Shown here: positions 12,201 through 23,944 of the stretch, one piece after another | How positions within the stretch are numbered: the first letter of the stretch is position 1 | Layout: the number at the start of each line of letters is the position of its first letter | NCBI GenBank assembly: GCA_002633005.1 | Contig: NMRA01000359.1 | Span: 124,001-188,000 of the forward strand | DNA length: 64,000 nucleotides | Direction of reading: 5' to 3' | Source of the DNA: Phoronis australis | Lineage: Eukaryota > Animalia > Phoronida | Notes under the pieces: generated by a model | What the model was told of the DNA's origin: nothing | Seen by the model: the letters and a program-made list of their open reading frames with translations, nothing else | Database searches by the model: none | Translations under genes and position numbers: made by a program

Positions 12201-15200
12201 TTGGTACATTCCCTAGTTGTATCCATGGAAACAACGAGAAATAAAACCTTACTTTATTTATTCAATGTTCATAGTGTTACAATGCAATTGAATTGATTAG
12301 AGTGCTTCATCAGTTCTTGATCTGGGTTTGTTTCAGGTTGAGGCAGCCCCTAACAGTGGTCCCATGTTGGCTATGGCCCGAAATCTACGTCAGGAGAGAG
12401 ACCGAGAACAGAAGCTGGCCACACAGAAACAAGACCAAAAGAATACGGTAAGTATGTCTGGTCTGGTTTAGTTTCTAGGCTCTCACCCGTGATGCCCAAG
12501 TTTCAATTTTGTATGTTTGTTGGCTGACTCTGAGGTGGCGCTAGTTGTCTCTTGCCTCCTTGTTCTCAGTTTTGAACGTGAACACACAACTTTCTGTTGC
12601 TTTTTGTTAAGTCCCACTGAAACTTGTCCCTTCTGTTGCTCACAGCTGACGCATGCATCTCAGAGAGTTCAACGGTTACAACAGCAGCTACGAGATATGA
12701 GCCAGGCCAATTTGGGTGCTACGCCAGAAGGTAAATATCCACGTTTTGTACTATTCAGACCACTATAAACCATGTTTTTTTGTTAAATATGTCAACTGTT
12801 TTCACAGTGATATTTGCTCTTCCAAAGCAAGGTCGTTGTGTTTTCTTCCTTTGTTATGCGCCCACATATTTATATGTGGACGCATTATGCCTTCATCTCT
12901 GTCCGTCCGTCCGTCCGGGCGGCGTCCGGCGTCCGCTGCTCTATCTCCAAAACCCTTTGACATACGTTCATGAAATTTAGCACATATGTTCCATTCATGA
13001 ATGGGACGGCATGTGCGAACTTTTGGACGGATCCGACTACCGGTGTGCCCCCTAGTGGCAATTTTAGTTTTTTACGCTTACCTTTGTATCTTCAAAAGTC
13101 CTGAACGGATTTTCATGAAATTTGGTATGTAGGCACNNNNNNNNNNNNNNNNNNNNNNNNNNNNNNNNNNNNNNNNNNNNNNNNNNNNNNNNNNNNNNNN
13201 NNNNNNNNNNNNNNNNNNNNNNNNNNNNNNNNNNNNNNNNNNNNNNNNNNNNNNNNNNNNNNNNNNNNNNNNNNNNNNNNNNNNNNNNNNNNNNNNNNNN
13301 NNNNNNNNNNNNNNNNNNNNNNNNNNNNNNNNNNNNNNNNNNNNNNNNNNNNNNNNNNNNNNNNNNNNNNNNNNNNNNNNNNNNNNNNNNNNNNNNNNNN
13401 NNNNNNNNNNNNNNNNNNNNNNNNNNNNNNNNNNNNNNNNNNNNNNNNNNNNNNNNNNNNNNNNNNNNNNNNNNNNNNNNNNNNNNNNNNNNNNNNNNNN
13501 NNNNNNNNNNNNNNNNNNNNNNNNNNNNNNNNNNNNNNNNNNNNNNNNNNNNNNNNNNNNNNNNNNNNNNNNNNNNNNNNNNNNNNNNNNNNNNNNNNNN
13601 NNNNNNNNNNNNNNNNNNNNNNNNNNNNNNNNNNNNNNNNNNNNNNNNNNNNNNNNNNNNNNNNNNNNNNNNNNNNNNNNNNNNNNNNNNNNNNNNNNNN
13701 NNNNNNNNNNNNNNNNNNNNNNNNNNNNNNNNNNNNNNNNNNNNNNNNNNNNNNNNNNNNNNNNNNNNNNNNNNNNNNNNNNNNNNNNNNNNNNNNNNNN
13801 NNNNNNNNNNNNNNNNNNNNNNNNNNNNNNNNNNNNNNNNNNNNNNNNNNNNNNNNNNNNNNNNNNNNNNNNNNNNNNNNNNNNNNNNNNNNNNNNNNNN
13901 NNNNNNNNNNNNNNNNNNNNNNNNNNNNNNNNNNNNNNNNNNNNNNNNNNNNNNNNNNNNNNNNNNNNNNNNNNNNNNNNNNNNNNNNNNNNNNNNNNNN
14001 NNNNNNNNNNNNNNNNNNNNNNNNNNNNNNNNNNNNNNNNNNNNNNNNNNNNNNNNNNNNNNNNNNNNNNNNNATTTATGTGATGTTGACAACGGACGAT
14101 GACGACTTTAGGATGATTCTGACTACCGGTATGTCTCTAGTGGCAATTTTAGTATTTGCCTCTAGTGGCAATTTTGGTATTTTACATTGACCTCTGTATT
14201 TTCATAGGTCTTCAGGTGTATACTTTGTGTTACTTCGTGACTATGAAGGAAAAGTTCCAAGTAGAAATTTGTTTCTGGCATTCTAATGCTGTGCTCGTAT
14301 GTTGGTAAATTTGTTTTTAATTCTTTCTGTGGTGCTTTAAGCAACTGGTGTATAGGATGTGCTTGTATTATGAAGATTACTCACATTTTGCCCCTAGCCT
14401 ATTGAGGAGACAATGACCATGCCTTTCCATTTTGCAAAGTACAACATACTACATATATGCCCTCTACTGGCCACTTTATGGTACCAATAAACAACCCTAG
14501 AAGGATACCGTATGCGGTGCAATTGTGGGCGCATTTCAACGCTCTGCGTTGCTCTTGTTTGATGATAGCCTGATGATGAATGGCCTGAAATCCCTGACAG
14601 CCATACGTCTGTGGTGAGTGACACTGACTCACTGTGACAAGCAACTTACAGGACGTGCTTTAAGAATAACAACTTGTCAGTTCTTCTCAAACCTTGAATT
14701 GATTTCTAATCTGAGTAAAGAACCAGGAGAAATCGATTTTATACCATATGTAGCATGAATCAAAAGTTGGTTTTTGACGGAAAGCGTGTTTTTATTGCCT
14801 CTTTAAACGACTCCAGCAACAATATCACATGAACTGCACTTGTACTTTTAAAAAGTAGATGAATTTTAGGAGAATTATGAAAGTTATGGCGAGACTAGTA
14901 GTAAATCAGCCAGTTGTTTATTTGTCAAATCTTGACACTATAGAACCTAGTTGAGCGTGTTTTATTTCACAAGTACTCCATTGTTGTCATTGTCGCCATC
15001 GTCAACACCAGGTCTGATCCAGAGGCTGGAGGAGGAGAACAAGGTCAACTCGTACATGGTCAAGGACAAGCTGCCGAAGGAGATCAGTGGCAAAAAGAAG
15101 CACATCCAGGACCTTCAGAAGGTTGTGTCCGAGCCCGCTATGGGTCAGAACGATCTTGACGAACTGACTAACCAGGTACGTGGACAAGACACCGGCAGTT

Positions 15201-18200
15201 AGCTTGAATGTATTGTTGTGCGCATTAAAAATTGCGTGGATGGTTTGTCGAACGTGGACGTCTGTAGATCCACAAAGAGAAAGCAGCATCACGCATTACC
15301 ATACTAGTTTTTAAAGATGTAAGAGGCAATTACAATAGACATGAAAATAATCCGACAAAATAACCTGGATTTGTCTGTCGTGATGGCTGAGTGAAAGGAA
15401 AGTTCCTTATCATGACGACCGAGTTCCTAGAATGACCCATCATTATGTGTTATGACAAGGAAATGGTATTTTGTTTGATTCTTTTTGGTGTGTACTGTAT
15501 GTAAGTGGATGGTGCCTTGAAGTTCAGTGTGTCTGCCCGAGGAGGCATTAGGCAGTTGTGCTGAACATTGGACTGTCTGGCAATGATGTTTGTGTGGCAA
15601 ACTGTGTCTCATGAAATTGCGTACAAAGAGGTGATACGTTTGGACGTATTGTGCATGTGCTGCTTGTAATTTCCTAATTGATTGTGCTGTTGAATTCGTA
15701 AAGAAGGCCGTGAACCGTGGACTACTTTGAGATATTTAAAAGGCGGAGTCAAATGTGATGGTTCACAAGTTGCTTTGTATATACTGAATGTTAGACTTAC
15801 TGCTTTGTAATGACCAAGGGGTGTGTTTGAATGAATGCGCCCCTTCCCTTGTCTCCGGAGGGTGTGGGTAGGTCTTTGTTCAGGAACTTCCCATTTAAGG
15901 TGAACACAAGACTCCTCTTTTTGTGGGAATTTAATCCTGCTAAATTCCTTGGTGGATCGGCTTTAACTCCACACGTTTAATGTTTTTGTGCTTGTAGATA
16001 AATGCATTGAATGCTGAGATAAACCAACTGGTTGAGACACGTATGAGAAGTAATGACCCCATTGATGACAAGCTGTCACTCTTCCGGCAACAGGTGAGCT
16101 TCATGCAGGTCTCCCAAGGGTCTCTCTCGCTCTGCCGGTCAATAGTTTTGTACCATTTGATTCAGTCTAGTTTAAGCTGTAGTCTGTTGTCTAGAAGATG
16201 TCTACAGGTAAAATCTCACCAATTAAATACAAATGATTATCAAAATGACCAGATTTTTTCAAAAATATTTTCTAATGGTGGCTATGGTACAGAACATGGT
16301 AGATCGTTCATTTGATGCTACTATCTTTTATGAAAGAGATCATGAGAAAATAAAATTTCACTTGTCTGTCATATTGTGTCCTAAAATTGGTGAGATACAT
16401 TTTGAGACTTTTTCAAGACAAGTGAACTTTAATTCGTAGAGAAGTTTGTGCGCGATGAATTTGCTAGTGCTTGATATGGACTGAGGCGCTAAGAGGTCAC
16501 TTAGAGTTCCATGCAGGTCCACCATTGTTGTAGTTCATGTAATGTAGTGGAATATTCTGTTTTGTTTTTTTAATACAGTAAGTTTGCGTTCCTAATTACA
16601 TATCATGTCAGTTATTGCATGAAGTTGATCGATTGCGTCAGTTTTTGCTTCTAACTTGATTGGTGTATTCACGTTTGAAGGTTTTGCCTTTCTCGTAACC
16701 TAATTAGCTATACTTGCAACTTTTTTCTTTTAGATGAAATCCCAAAACTATTGCATCTTAAAATTCTGTCACTTGAGTTAAAGGCATTATTTCCACTGAG
16801 TTTAAAAACATGGTTTGATATGTTGTCTTTTAATATTTCAGAGATCCTTGTTATGATTACAAGTTAACCTGACTGTGTGTTTAAAAGCAGAAGGTGGAAG
16901 TGAGAGTCATTCAGTAATCGGTTCCTTGCATTGATGTATTTTTGCCAGATTTATTTGGCCAAATACTGATCATGAATCTTGACTTCTATTGGTGTCATGT
17001 TCAGATGCTCACTTCATCTTCGTACCACGATAATGGCACTGTATTTTTTAATTGGTAATTGGATTACTTGTGATTGTAGGCTGCAATAATAGTCCGCAAG
17101 AAGGAGACAACTGCCGAGAACCTCTCTGAGGCCCGGTCAGAACTGTCTCAGCTTGAGACTGAGATTGAAGAGAAACGTTCCATCCTAAAAGATGCTGATG
17201 GCGGTGAGGTTCTTAAGGGTGACGAGGTAAGTCCATTTTGTAATATCGCTAGAAACTTCCTGGCTTTGCCACAGCTGCTACTTTGGTTAAGTAACATATG
17301 ACACCCAAATTGTATTTATGGAGCTTCTCAATTCAATGATTTCATTACTATAATGTAGTACTTGGCTCACTTTGCATCACAAAAACCAGAGCTTGTTATT
17401 TTCCTCTTTTAAGAAGATTTCCTCAATTTTGTATCAATTTCCTCTTACTTGATTTCCAGTTTCCTCTTTTTCCATATTTTCATCATTATTTTGACTTTAT
17501 TCATGCAAAAAATGTTTGCAACACAAAAATACTTTTCTATCACACAAGCCCACTTATTTGTAGAATCATACATCAACTGGAATTTTTCCTCTTGTCTGTC
17601 ATGGGTCATCCCAAACCCTGAAAAATAGTCTTCTGATTTAGATCACTTACTGTTATGAAATTGGTCTCAAATTGTTCCTTAGTCTAATTGGAGGTTATAT
17701 CAGGGCTTCAAATGAACTGACATCTCGTTGTTGTTTTAGACCAGCTGGCTCTACAAGTTAGTTTGCCACACTGCGTTATTTTATTGACCCAGCATGGCTT
17801 CAATTAATAATGAGCTGCCGAATTTTTGCAAACCCAAAAATCGCTTAAAAATGAGTGGTCTGTATCAAAAGTTCGCTTCTTGGATGGAACTCGGTTTTAT
17901 AAACACTTTAAGTGGGTTGTTATGGAATGAGTCAAAGAAGTTCTTCCGTTGAGTCCATTCTTACATTATTGTAGGAAAACTTTGGTGTCTTTCGTTTTAA
18001 ACTCTCCAATTTGCGGTGATTTGCAGTTCAAGCGTTACGTGAACAAGCTGAGGGGTAAGAGCAACATATACAAAAAGAAAAGACAGGAGTTAGCTGAGCT
18101 GAGGGCGGAGCATGGAGTTTTGTCGAGGTCAGAGGAGATTCTCAAACAACGAGATGAGAATGTCAACCAACACTTGGTAAGTGGCACTGTTGAAAAGTGA

Positions 18201-20207
18201 GGCATTTTGTACCTAAATATTCTGATAACTAGGACAGTTATATTATTATAGTACGACAAATGATAATAATATGGATATTTTTGAGCGGAATTATTGAAAA
18301 ATTTTATATGCATTATAGAAGTTGCATCCTCTTGTAGTCAAATTGTTGTTTCATTGTAAATTACAAAGAGCACCCTTTGAAACATACCATGTGTGGTGCA
18401 CAGTGAGCGCATAACAATGCCTTCCATTGTTCTTGTTTTGAAGACTCTTGCCTGTGTCTAACTGACTTGTGTTGCAAAAGTAAATTCTGACACATAATAT
18501 CATACACTCTTACGTTATTGCATGTCAATGATTCTTAGTTTTAATTAATGATCTCTCCCACTCTCTAGTCGGCGCTTGAGGCCAAGAAGGGCGTGTCTGG
18601 TTACCGTGACACCCAGGAGGAGCTAGAGAAAGTGTCCAGTGTCAAGAGTGAGCTGGATGACATGAAGGGCCGAACTCTGGAAGACATCTCAGAGATGGTG
18701 CGCAAGCTGACCATGACCATAGCTGAAAAGAAGACCAACCTGGCTCCCATCATTAAGGAGTTACGACCTATGAGACAGAAGGCCCAGGTATGAATGTTGT
18801 TGGTCTTGAAAATTAATAATTAATGGAATTAACTGAAAATTTTGCATCATATTTGGAGCTTAAATTGACTTCTTAAGTAAATGGGAACCAATCCCTTTGT
18901 AGACTATCAATGACAGTTTTACCTATCTAGGTGTTGAGTTAACTTGATCAGTACAGATAGGTCTGGAGACAAAATTCCATGCTAAACTTTTTCAGCCATT
19001 TTATGTTTTGAAAGAGTTTATGTCTATACATTCTTCAAGATTTTTCGAAAATTGCCACGCAAAACGTTACAACTGACAATGCATTTTAATCTTTATTTTT
19101 TTGAGAACAAAAATGGTCATAGTGGGTCATAACAGTGCATTTTGGGTTTGTGCGTAGGAGTTGACTCAGGTTTACGAGGAGAAGAAGGGTACGTATGACA
19201 ATCAGGCAGCGGGTTACGAGAGCAACAGGTCTAAACTGGAACAGGAAGTGCGTGGTTACCGTGAGGAGTGCTCGGCAGAGGAGTCCCGTTACCACTACCT
19301 CAACTGCATGAAGGAGGTGCTGGAGGTACAGAAAGCTCGCATCGATGAAGAGATGAAGACATACGTCTCCTCGGACCCACAAGAAAAGAAGAAGGCTTTC
19401 AGGTGAATTGGTGTGCTCGTCACTTGTGGTTTTTTTTCAACTCTCGTAAGGCCAAGAAAGTGTAATTGGTCCTGGTCTCCGTTTTTTGATAATTGAGTTG
19501 ATGAGGTGGTATTTTTAGTTGTTGAATTTTTCAAAAAAAATCATCTGAGATTAAGCAAAAATAATGTGGTATTTGTTTTTCTTACTCATCGCATGACAAA
19601 CCGTGGTGTTTCAAACTTACCCCAGGTTTGTTTACATGTATTGTATTGGTTTTCAAAATTGATACCAGCAAACATTTTTTGTTTTTATTTTGTGAGTGCA
19701 AGTCTCAAAATTAGCCATGGTAGAGATTAGAATCGACATTACTTTTTTCGGCTAATAGTACACTGAAATGGTGATTTCATAATATTTGTTCTATCCAGTA
19801 AAAGCTACTGTACACTAGAATACATTAAGGAATCGTTCACTAAACGTTGCTTCTACAATATTTTGTCCCCATTGTTATGCTGAAAATGTCACAGAATTCA
19901 CTTATTGGTAGAGTTCAATGACACCATACTGTTCCACAAAATAATAGTTATACGTTTTTCCAACAGGGAGCAGTACCAGAAGAAAATTCAGGAGCAAGAA
20001 AATCTTGGCAAGAGCTTACGTGAGAAGCAGAAGATGGTGCGTGAGTCTCACGGACCGAACATGCGTCAAATAAAAATGTGGAAGGATGTGGAACGACTAA
20101 TGGAATGTAAGCTGGCTTGTGCAGAGATGGCCCGTGGTGGGTCTGCCACATTGACCTTCGGTCAGGATGCCAGCGGCATGGACGATGAAAACAGGCTGAT
20201 CTTGTAG
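9212..20207 (+). CDS. IFT81: Intraflagellar transport protein 81; 13 coding exons, 679 aa
   Basis: GT-AG exons 9212-9355, 9670-9773, 10361-10538, 11614-11769, 12337-12447, 12646-12730, 15012-15175, 15998-16093, 17080-17226, 18027-18176, 18569-18787, 19158-19402, 19967-20207 total 2040 nt in frame. The protein runs [29 protein letters not shown]...[12 protein letters not shown]...[18 protein letters not shown]...[16 protein letters not shown]...ENRLIL*, matching recalled human IFT81 end to end. Confidence 0.97.
9979..9995 (-). promoter_or_regulatory. CTCF-consensus motif in an IFT81 intron
   Basis: GGCCACTAGATGGCGCA on the minus strand fits CCASYAGRKGGCRS. Motif match only. Confidence 0.45.
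12219..12232. promoter_or_regulatory. RFX X-box motif in an IFT81 intron
   Basis: GTATCCATGGAAAC fits RTHNYYWTRRNRAC, with an X-box-like GTTGCCTTGGTAC at 12195-12207. Motif match only. Confidence 0.4.
12854..14558 (+). mobile_element. Helentron-associated (HINE/DINE-1-like) non-autonomous element spanning an assembly gap
   Basis: 5' subTIR ATGCGCCCACA (12856-12866) with a nearby inverted copy (12875-12885), a (GTCC)n microsatellite near 12900, a 3' subTIR TGTGGGCGCAT (14524-14534), a 3' stem-loop CAACGC-TCT-GCGTTG, T-rich flanks and no TSD. Confidence 0.75.
13137..14073. other. Assembly gap (937 N)
   Basis: Run of N. Confidence 1.
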
Positions 20208-22187
20208 AAAAGTATAGAATGGTCAAATTTAAGCTTTTCTGCCATGGTCTCAAAGATGTTTAAGCATTAGCAAGAAGTGTTTTCGTTCATTGTAAAGGTT
20301 TAAATTATTTTGTAAGAAATTTGTCCTGCTTCTTCAACAAGTGTAATATATTAATATATGTCACTTTGAATTTTTTTTTGAACTTATTGTGTGTCTGTCT
20401 AAGGTGGGTGTAGTTTTGAAACTGAGAAGGAAGAGGTTGACATACCATACAAGATAATTACTAGTCAGTTTATTTTTATACAAACACGTAAATTAAAACA
20501 GTGTAACCACTGGAATTGAAAAATGTAATGACACCATGGTCTCTAAACTAATGTGGCTAAACCACATTATTTTATCATCATTTCGTACTAAAATTACTGC
20601 AGTTTGACACATGTCCACAGCTGCATGGAATGTTTTACAGGTCGAAAGCTCAAACCTTACAGTCTAATGATATTAAAATAAAACTATCTTCAATTCAAAC
20701 CTTTTCCGTGAGGAAGCTAGTAACACCTAAAATGCTTATAAACAAAACTAAATATTCTACCTACATGTACTCAAAAAGTTGATGAAAAATAATTACAATA
20801 GTTACAATTTGAAAAGCGCATATTAGCCATGCTACCGAGCACGTGATATATGCTGGCTAATTGTCAACTAATTTTTGACATCATTTAATGATATCGAACT
20901 CAGATGTGTAGCGCTACTTCACATTACAGGTGACGTTTTAAAAAAACGAGAACATGATTGGATATTGATTTTTCCGAATTGTTTTTTCAATGGAAAGACG
21001 TGCATTGTGAACACTGGAATGTCAATGTAGTATCACTCTCGGTCTCCAAACGCTGGATTAATATCCTTTAACTTTCAAACGTTGAAATCAATTCCCCTGA
21101 TTGAGGGGAATCAAGGGATTGGTTTCAATCTTCAACTCAATGAAATGCGTTCGGAAGGCAGTTCTTTTTTGATCGGGTATGGCTAACGATTCTGGTGAAC
21201 CATCTTGCAACTCCTTTAAACACCAACCACGAAGTCTAATCAAGGAGTTGCACACTCCTTGCTCTAACCACACACTTCACATCGGAACATGGATGTTTTT
21301 TATTCCGGGTAAGTGTGCCAGTATGTTAGCTGAGGTTCCGTGGGCGTTTGTTGCATGCGTTTCGTCAAGAGTCACTGATTGCAGTTTTCCTTCCGTGGTA
21401 AGGGTTCTGCTCCGGCGAAAGTGTAATTCTGCGGCTGTCTGGAAACGGTTCGATTACCACGCCTGATACATCGTCAACGGATATGTTCAATGCAATTTTT
21501 AATATCGTACCCTCGAGAAGAACTGATTCGCTGAAAAGTAGCCTCGTTTAGTTTCATGTTGACTATTGAGTGTTCGGCAATGCTTATTGTTTTGAAACCA
21601 TATGTTATTTGCTTAGCCTAAACTATTCAACGTACTGTCAATGTTTTATGCTAGGCCTACGTCTATGCATCAAGCTTATTTCCATTGAATAGCCACTTCC
21701 CGAAATACCCACGGCGCACTCTCTGGCTATGCAGTGATTACCCACAATGCTGTGCATTCGTGGGTACATCTCGGACTGCGCCGTGCCGCTATTTTACATT
21801 ATAGTTGGCTTGAAGTTTTTTGTTGCACAGTAAGCTGCAATTCAGACGTAAAGAATGGAAAGCTGAGTAAGGCGCGATAAACCTTCTTCACTTCTCCCAC
21901 TCGGCTCAGAAGTGAGTTACCTCATCCGTACAATGCGCGTTTTACCTCCACAATTGAATTGCGATGATTTCGGGATTTGGGTATTCGGAAACCCTTGTCG
22001 CTTAAGAATCAATGTTGATAGGCCCTAAGCGAGCTTCTCGGCGTAGCGCCAAGTGGAAACAACCAAATTTGCATCTCTACGCTTAACACGTTAAATGCTA
22101 GAAAATTGTAGAAGCCGGTGTATTAACATAAAGTTTGATTAACGAACCCGAGAAAATTGACACTGTTGCCTAAGTACCTCATTATTT

Positions 22188-23328
22188 CTAGGCGTTTGTA
22201 CATTCTACAGAGTCCTCAGAGGGTTTGTCCGGTGCAGTGGTCACTTCTGGAGATTTCTCCTCGCCATCAGACGAGGACTTGGAAGATCTGCTGCCAGCAC
22301 TGCCTCTTCTTTTCTCCTGCTCTTCATCCTTTTTTTCCTCGGACTCCTCTTTGGCCGGGGTAGCTTTTTCAGGCGAGGACTCTGATTTCTTCTTGAATAA
22401 CCTCGTTTTTGATTTTTTTGGTTTATCTAACCCCTCTTCGCTCTGGTATCCTTCATTTTCCTTTGCAGTTTCATCATTAGTTGATGCAGGTGCCTTCTTG
22501 GAACCGAAAAACTTAAGTGGTCCCAAGCCGAGTTTCTTCGACTTCTTTGGCGATACGTCCTCTTCTCCTGCCGTATCTGCAGTTGCGTAACGATACGATT
22601 TTGCCTGTTGAGTTTGAACTTTCTCCTCGGTCGGCTTGTCGGCGGTTGCATACCGATAGGACATCGCTGGTGGTCCTTGCTTAGTGGCCTCCGTTTTATC
22701 AAGAGGAACCTCCTCGAAGCCATCGTTGTCTTTTGCTGGAGGAGCTTTTTCAGGGTCGGAACTGCAAGAAGTTGATGGTAGAACAATGGTTCAATTTTGA
22801 AACAAGGCCATGCTTGCGCTTTGAGTCTGATTTTAAGTGACAACGATCTTTCGGAGCGTCCCACGTCCAGGAAGCATCTCTCACATGAGCTGGGAGCTTA
22901 GTGGCTAATACCAGTATTGTAAGGCAAGTGCCATAAAATTGAGGGAAGGCAGCCATAGCTGCATTAACGGTTTAACGCTACGACTGTTTACACAAACATT
23001 TATGCAGTAAATTGACTGACAAAATGTGTGCCGTTGACGGAATTACAAAGATGTCATGTTCTTGTTTGAGTTTGTGCACTGATCACTGCACCATTTAGTC
23101 CACCGTCGCTGCATCGGCATTAATACAAACATTAAAAATGAAAATCTATTTGTCGCTAAACGCGTTACCTTCCTGCTTGCTTTTGCTGTGTCTGGCGTTT
23201 CCTAATGACGAAGATGTACACTAAGACTACAGCTATGACTGCTAGTATTAAGATGACCCCGATGGCTATCCCAGCTTGCTGGCCGCCCGTGAGTCCACCG
23301 CTGCTCTCCTCAGTCCCCGGCGTGGTGG
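22188..23328 (-). CDS. Second copy of the TM exon (23328-23169) and terminal cytoplasmic exon (22761-22188) of the Mesh-like gene
   Basis: Same splice sites and frame as 25085-24926 and 24518-23945, with few amino-acid differences (PGTEES vs PETEAS; ECTNA vs EYSNA). Confidence 0.6.
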
Positions 23329-23397
23329 CTGCAAAACAACAGTGCAACTTAGGAACTCGTACAGCGGAGCACTTTACTTGCTTATACACACGTATAA

Positions 23398-23564
23398 CAT
23401 AGGCGGATCCAGTGGGGGTCAAGGGGTACGGACCCGCCCCCCGCCCCTTTTTCCCTTGGTTGTAGTAATATCAAATCTAGAATTTTCAAATTGTTGATTT
23501 GCATCCCCTTTTTTAATACCCTTGATCCGACCCCTTTTTTACAAAAATCCTGGATCCGCCCCAT
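23398..23564. mobile_element. Short GGCGGATCC-TIR MITE (also at ~25156-25323 and 34723-34881)
   Basis: Termini GGCGGATCCAG...CTGGATCCGCC with G/C runs inside; a related copy sits at 34723-34881. Confidence 0.7.
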
Positions 23565-23944
23565 AGGCTGTCTTATATGTTGGTAATTTACGCAGCTTCT
23601 AGCATGGATTGGAGGGCCGGCGATTGCATTTGATATAATACAGTGGAAAGAAGTGCGACTGAGATCTGACTTCATTAACTTTTTTACGGACAGCAAAAAT
23701 AGATTGCGTTGGTATCCCTGAGCATAGGAATTTTGGGATACAAGACATCCGCTAATTCATAATCCAAGTAGTGTCACTTAGATGATACTCTGCTCGGTAG
23801 AGCTAGAAGTGGAGCATATGCTTCATTTTACTCGTGTCTAAACTGAAATTCTTGTTACTTGCAACTGGCGATCTGANTATTAACATAATGTTTGATTAAC
23901 GAACCCGAGAAAATTGACACTGTTGCCTAAGTACCTCATTATTT

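Noticed and set aside
13064-14102. Long ORFs of 342 and 326 aa
   Set aside because: They are translations through the N gap.
20900-22100. Possible extra exons between IFT81 and the Mesh-like stop
   Set aside because: Candidate frames close quickly and show no homology; likely 3' UTR or intergenic sequence.
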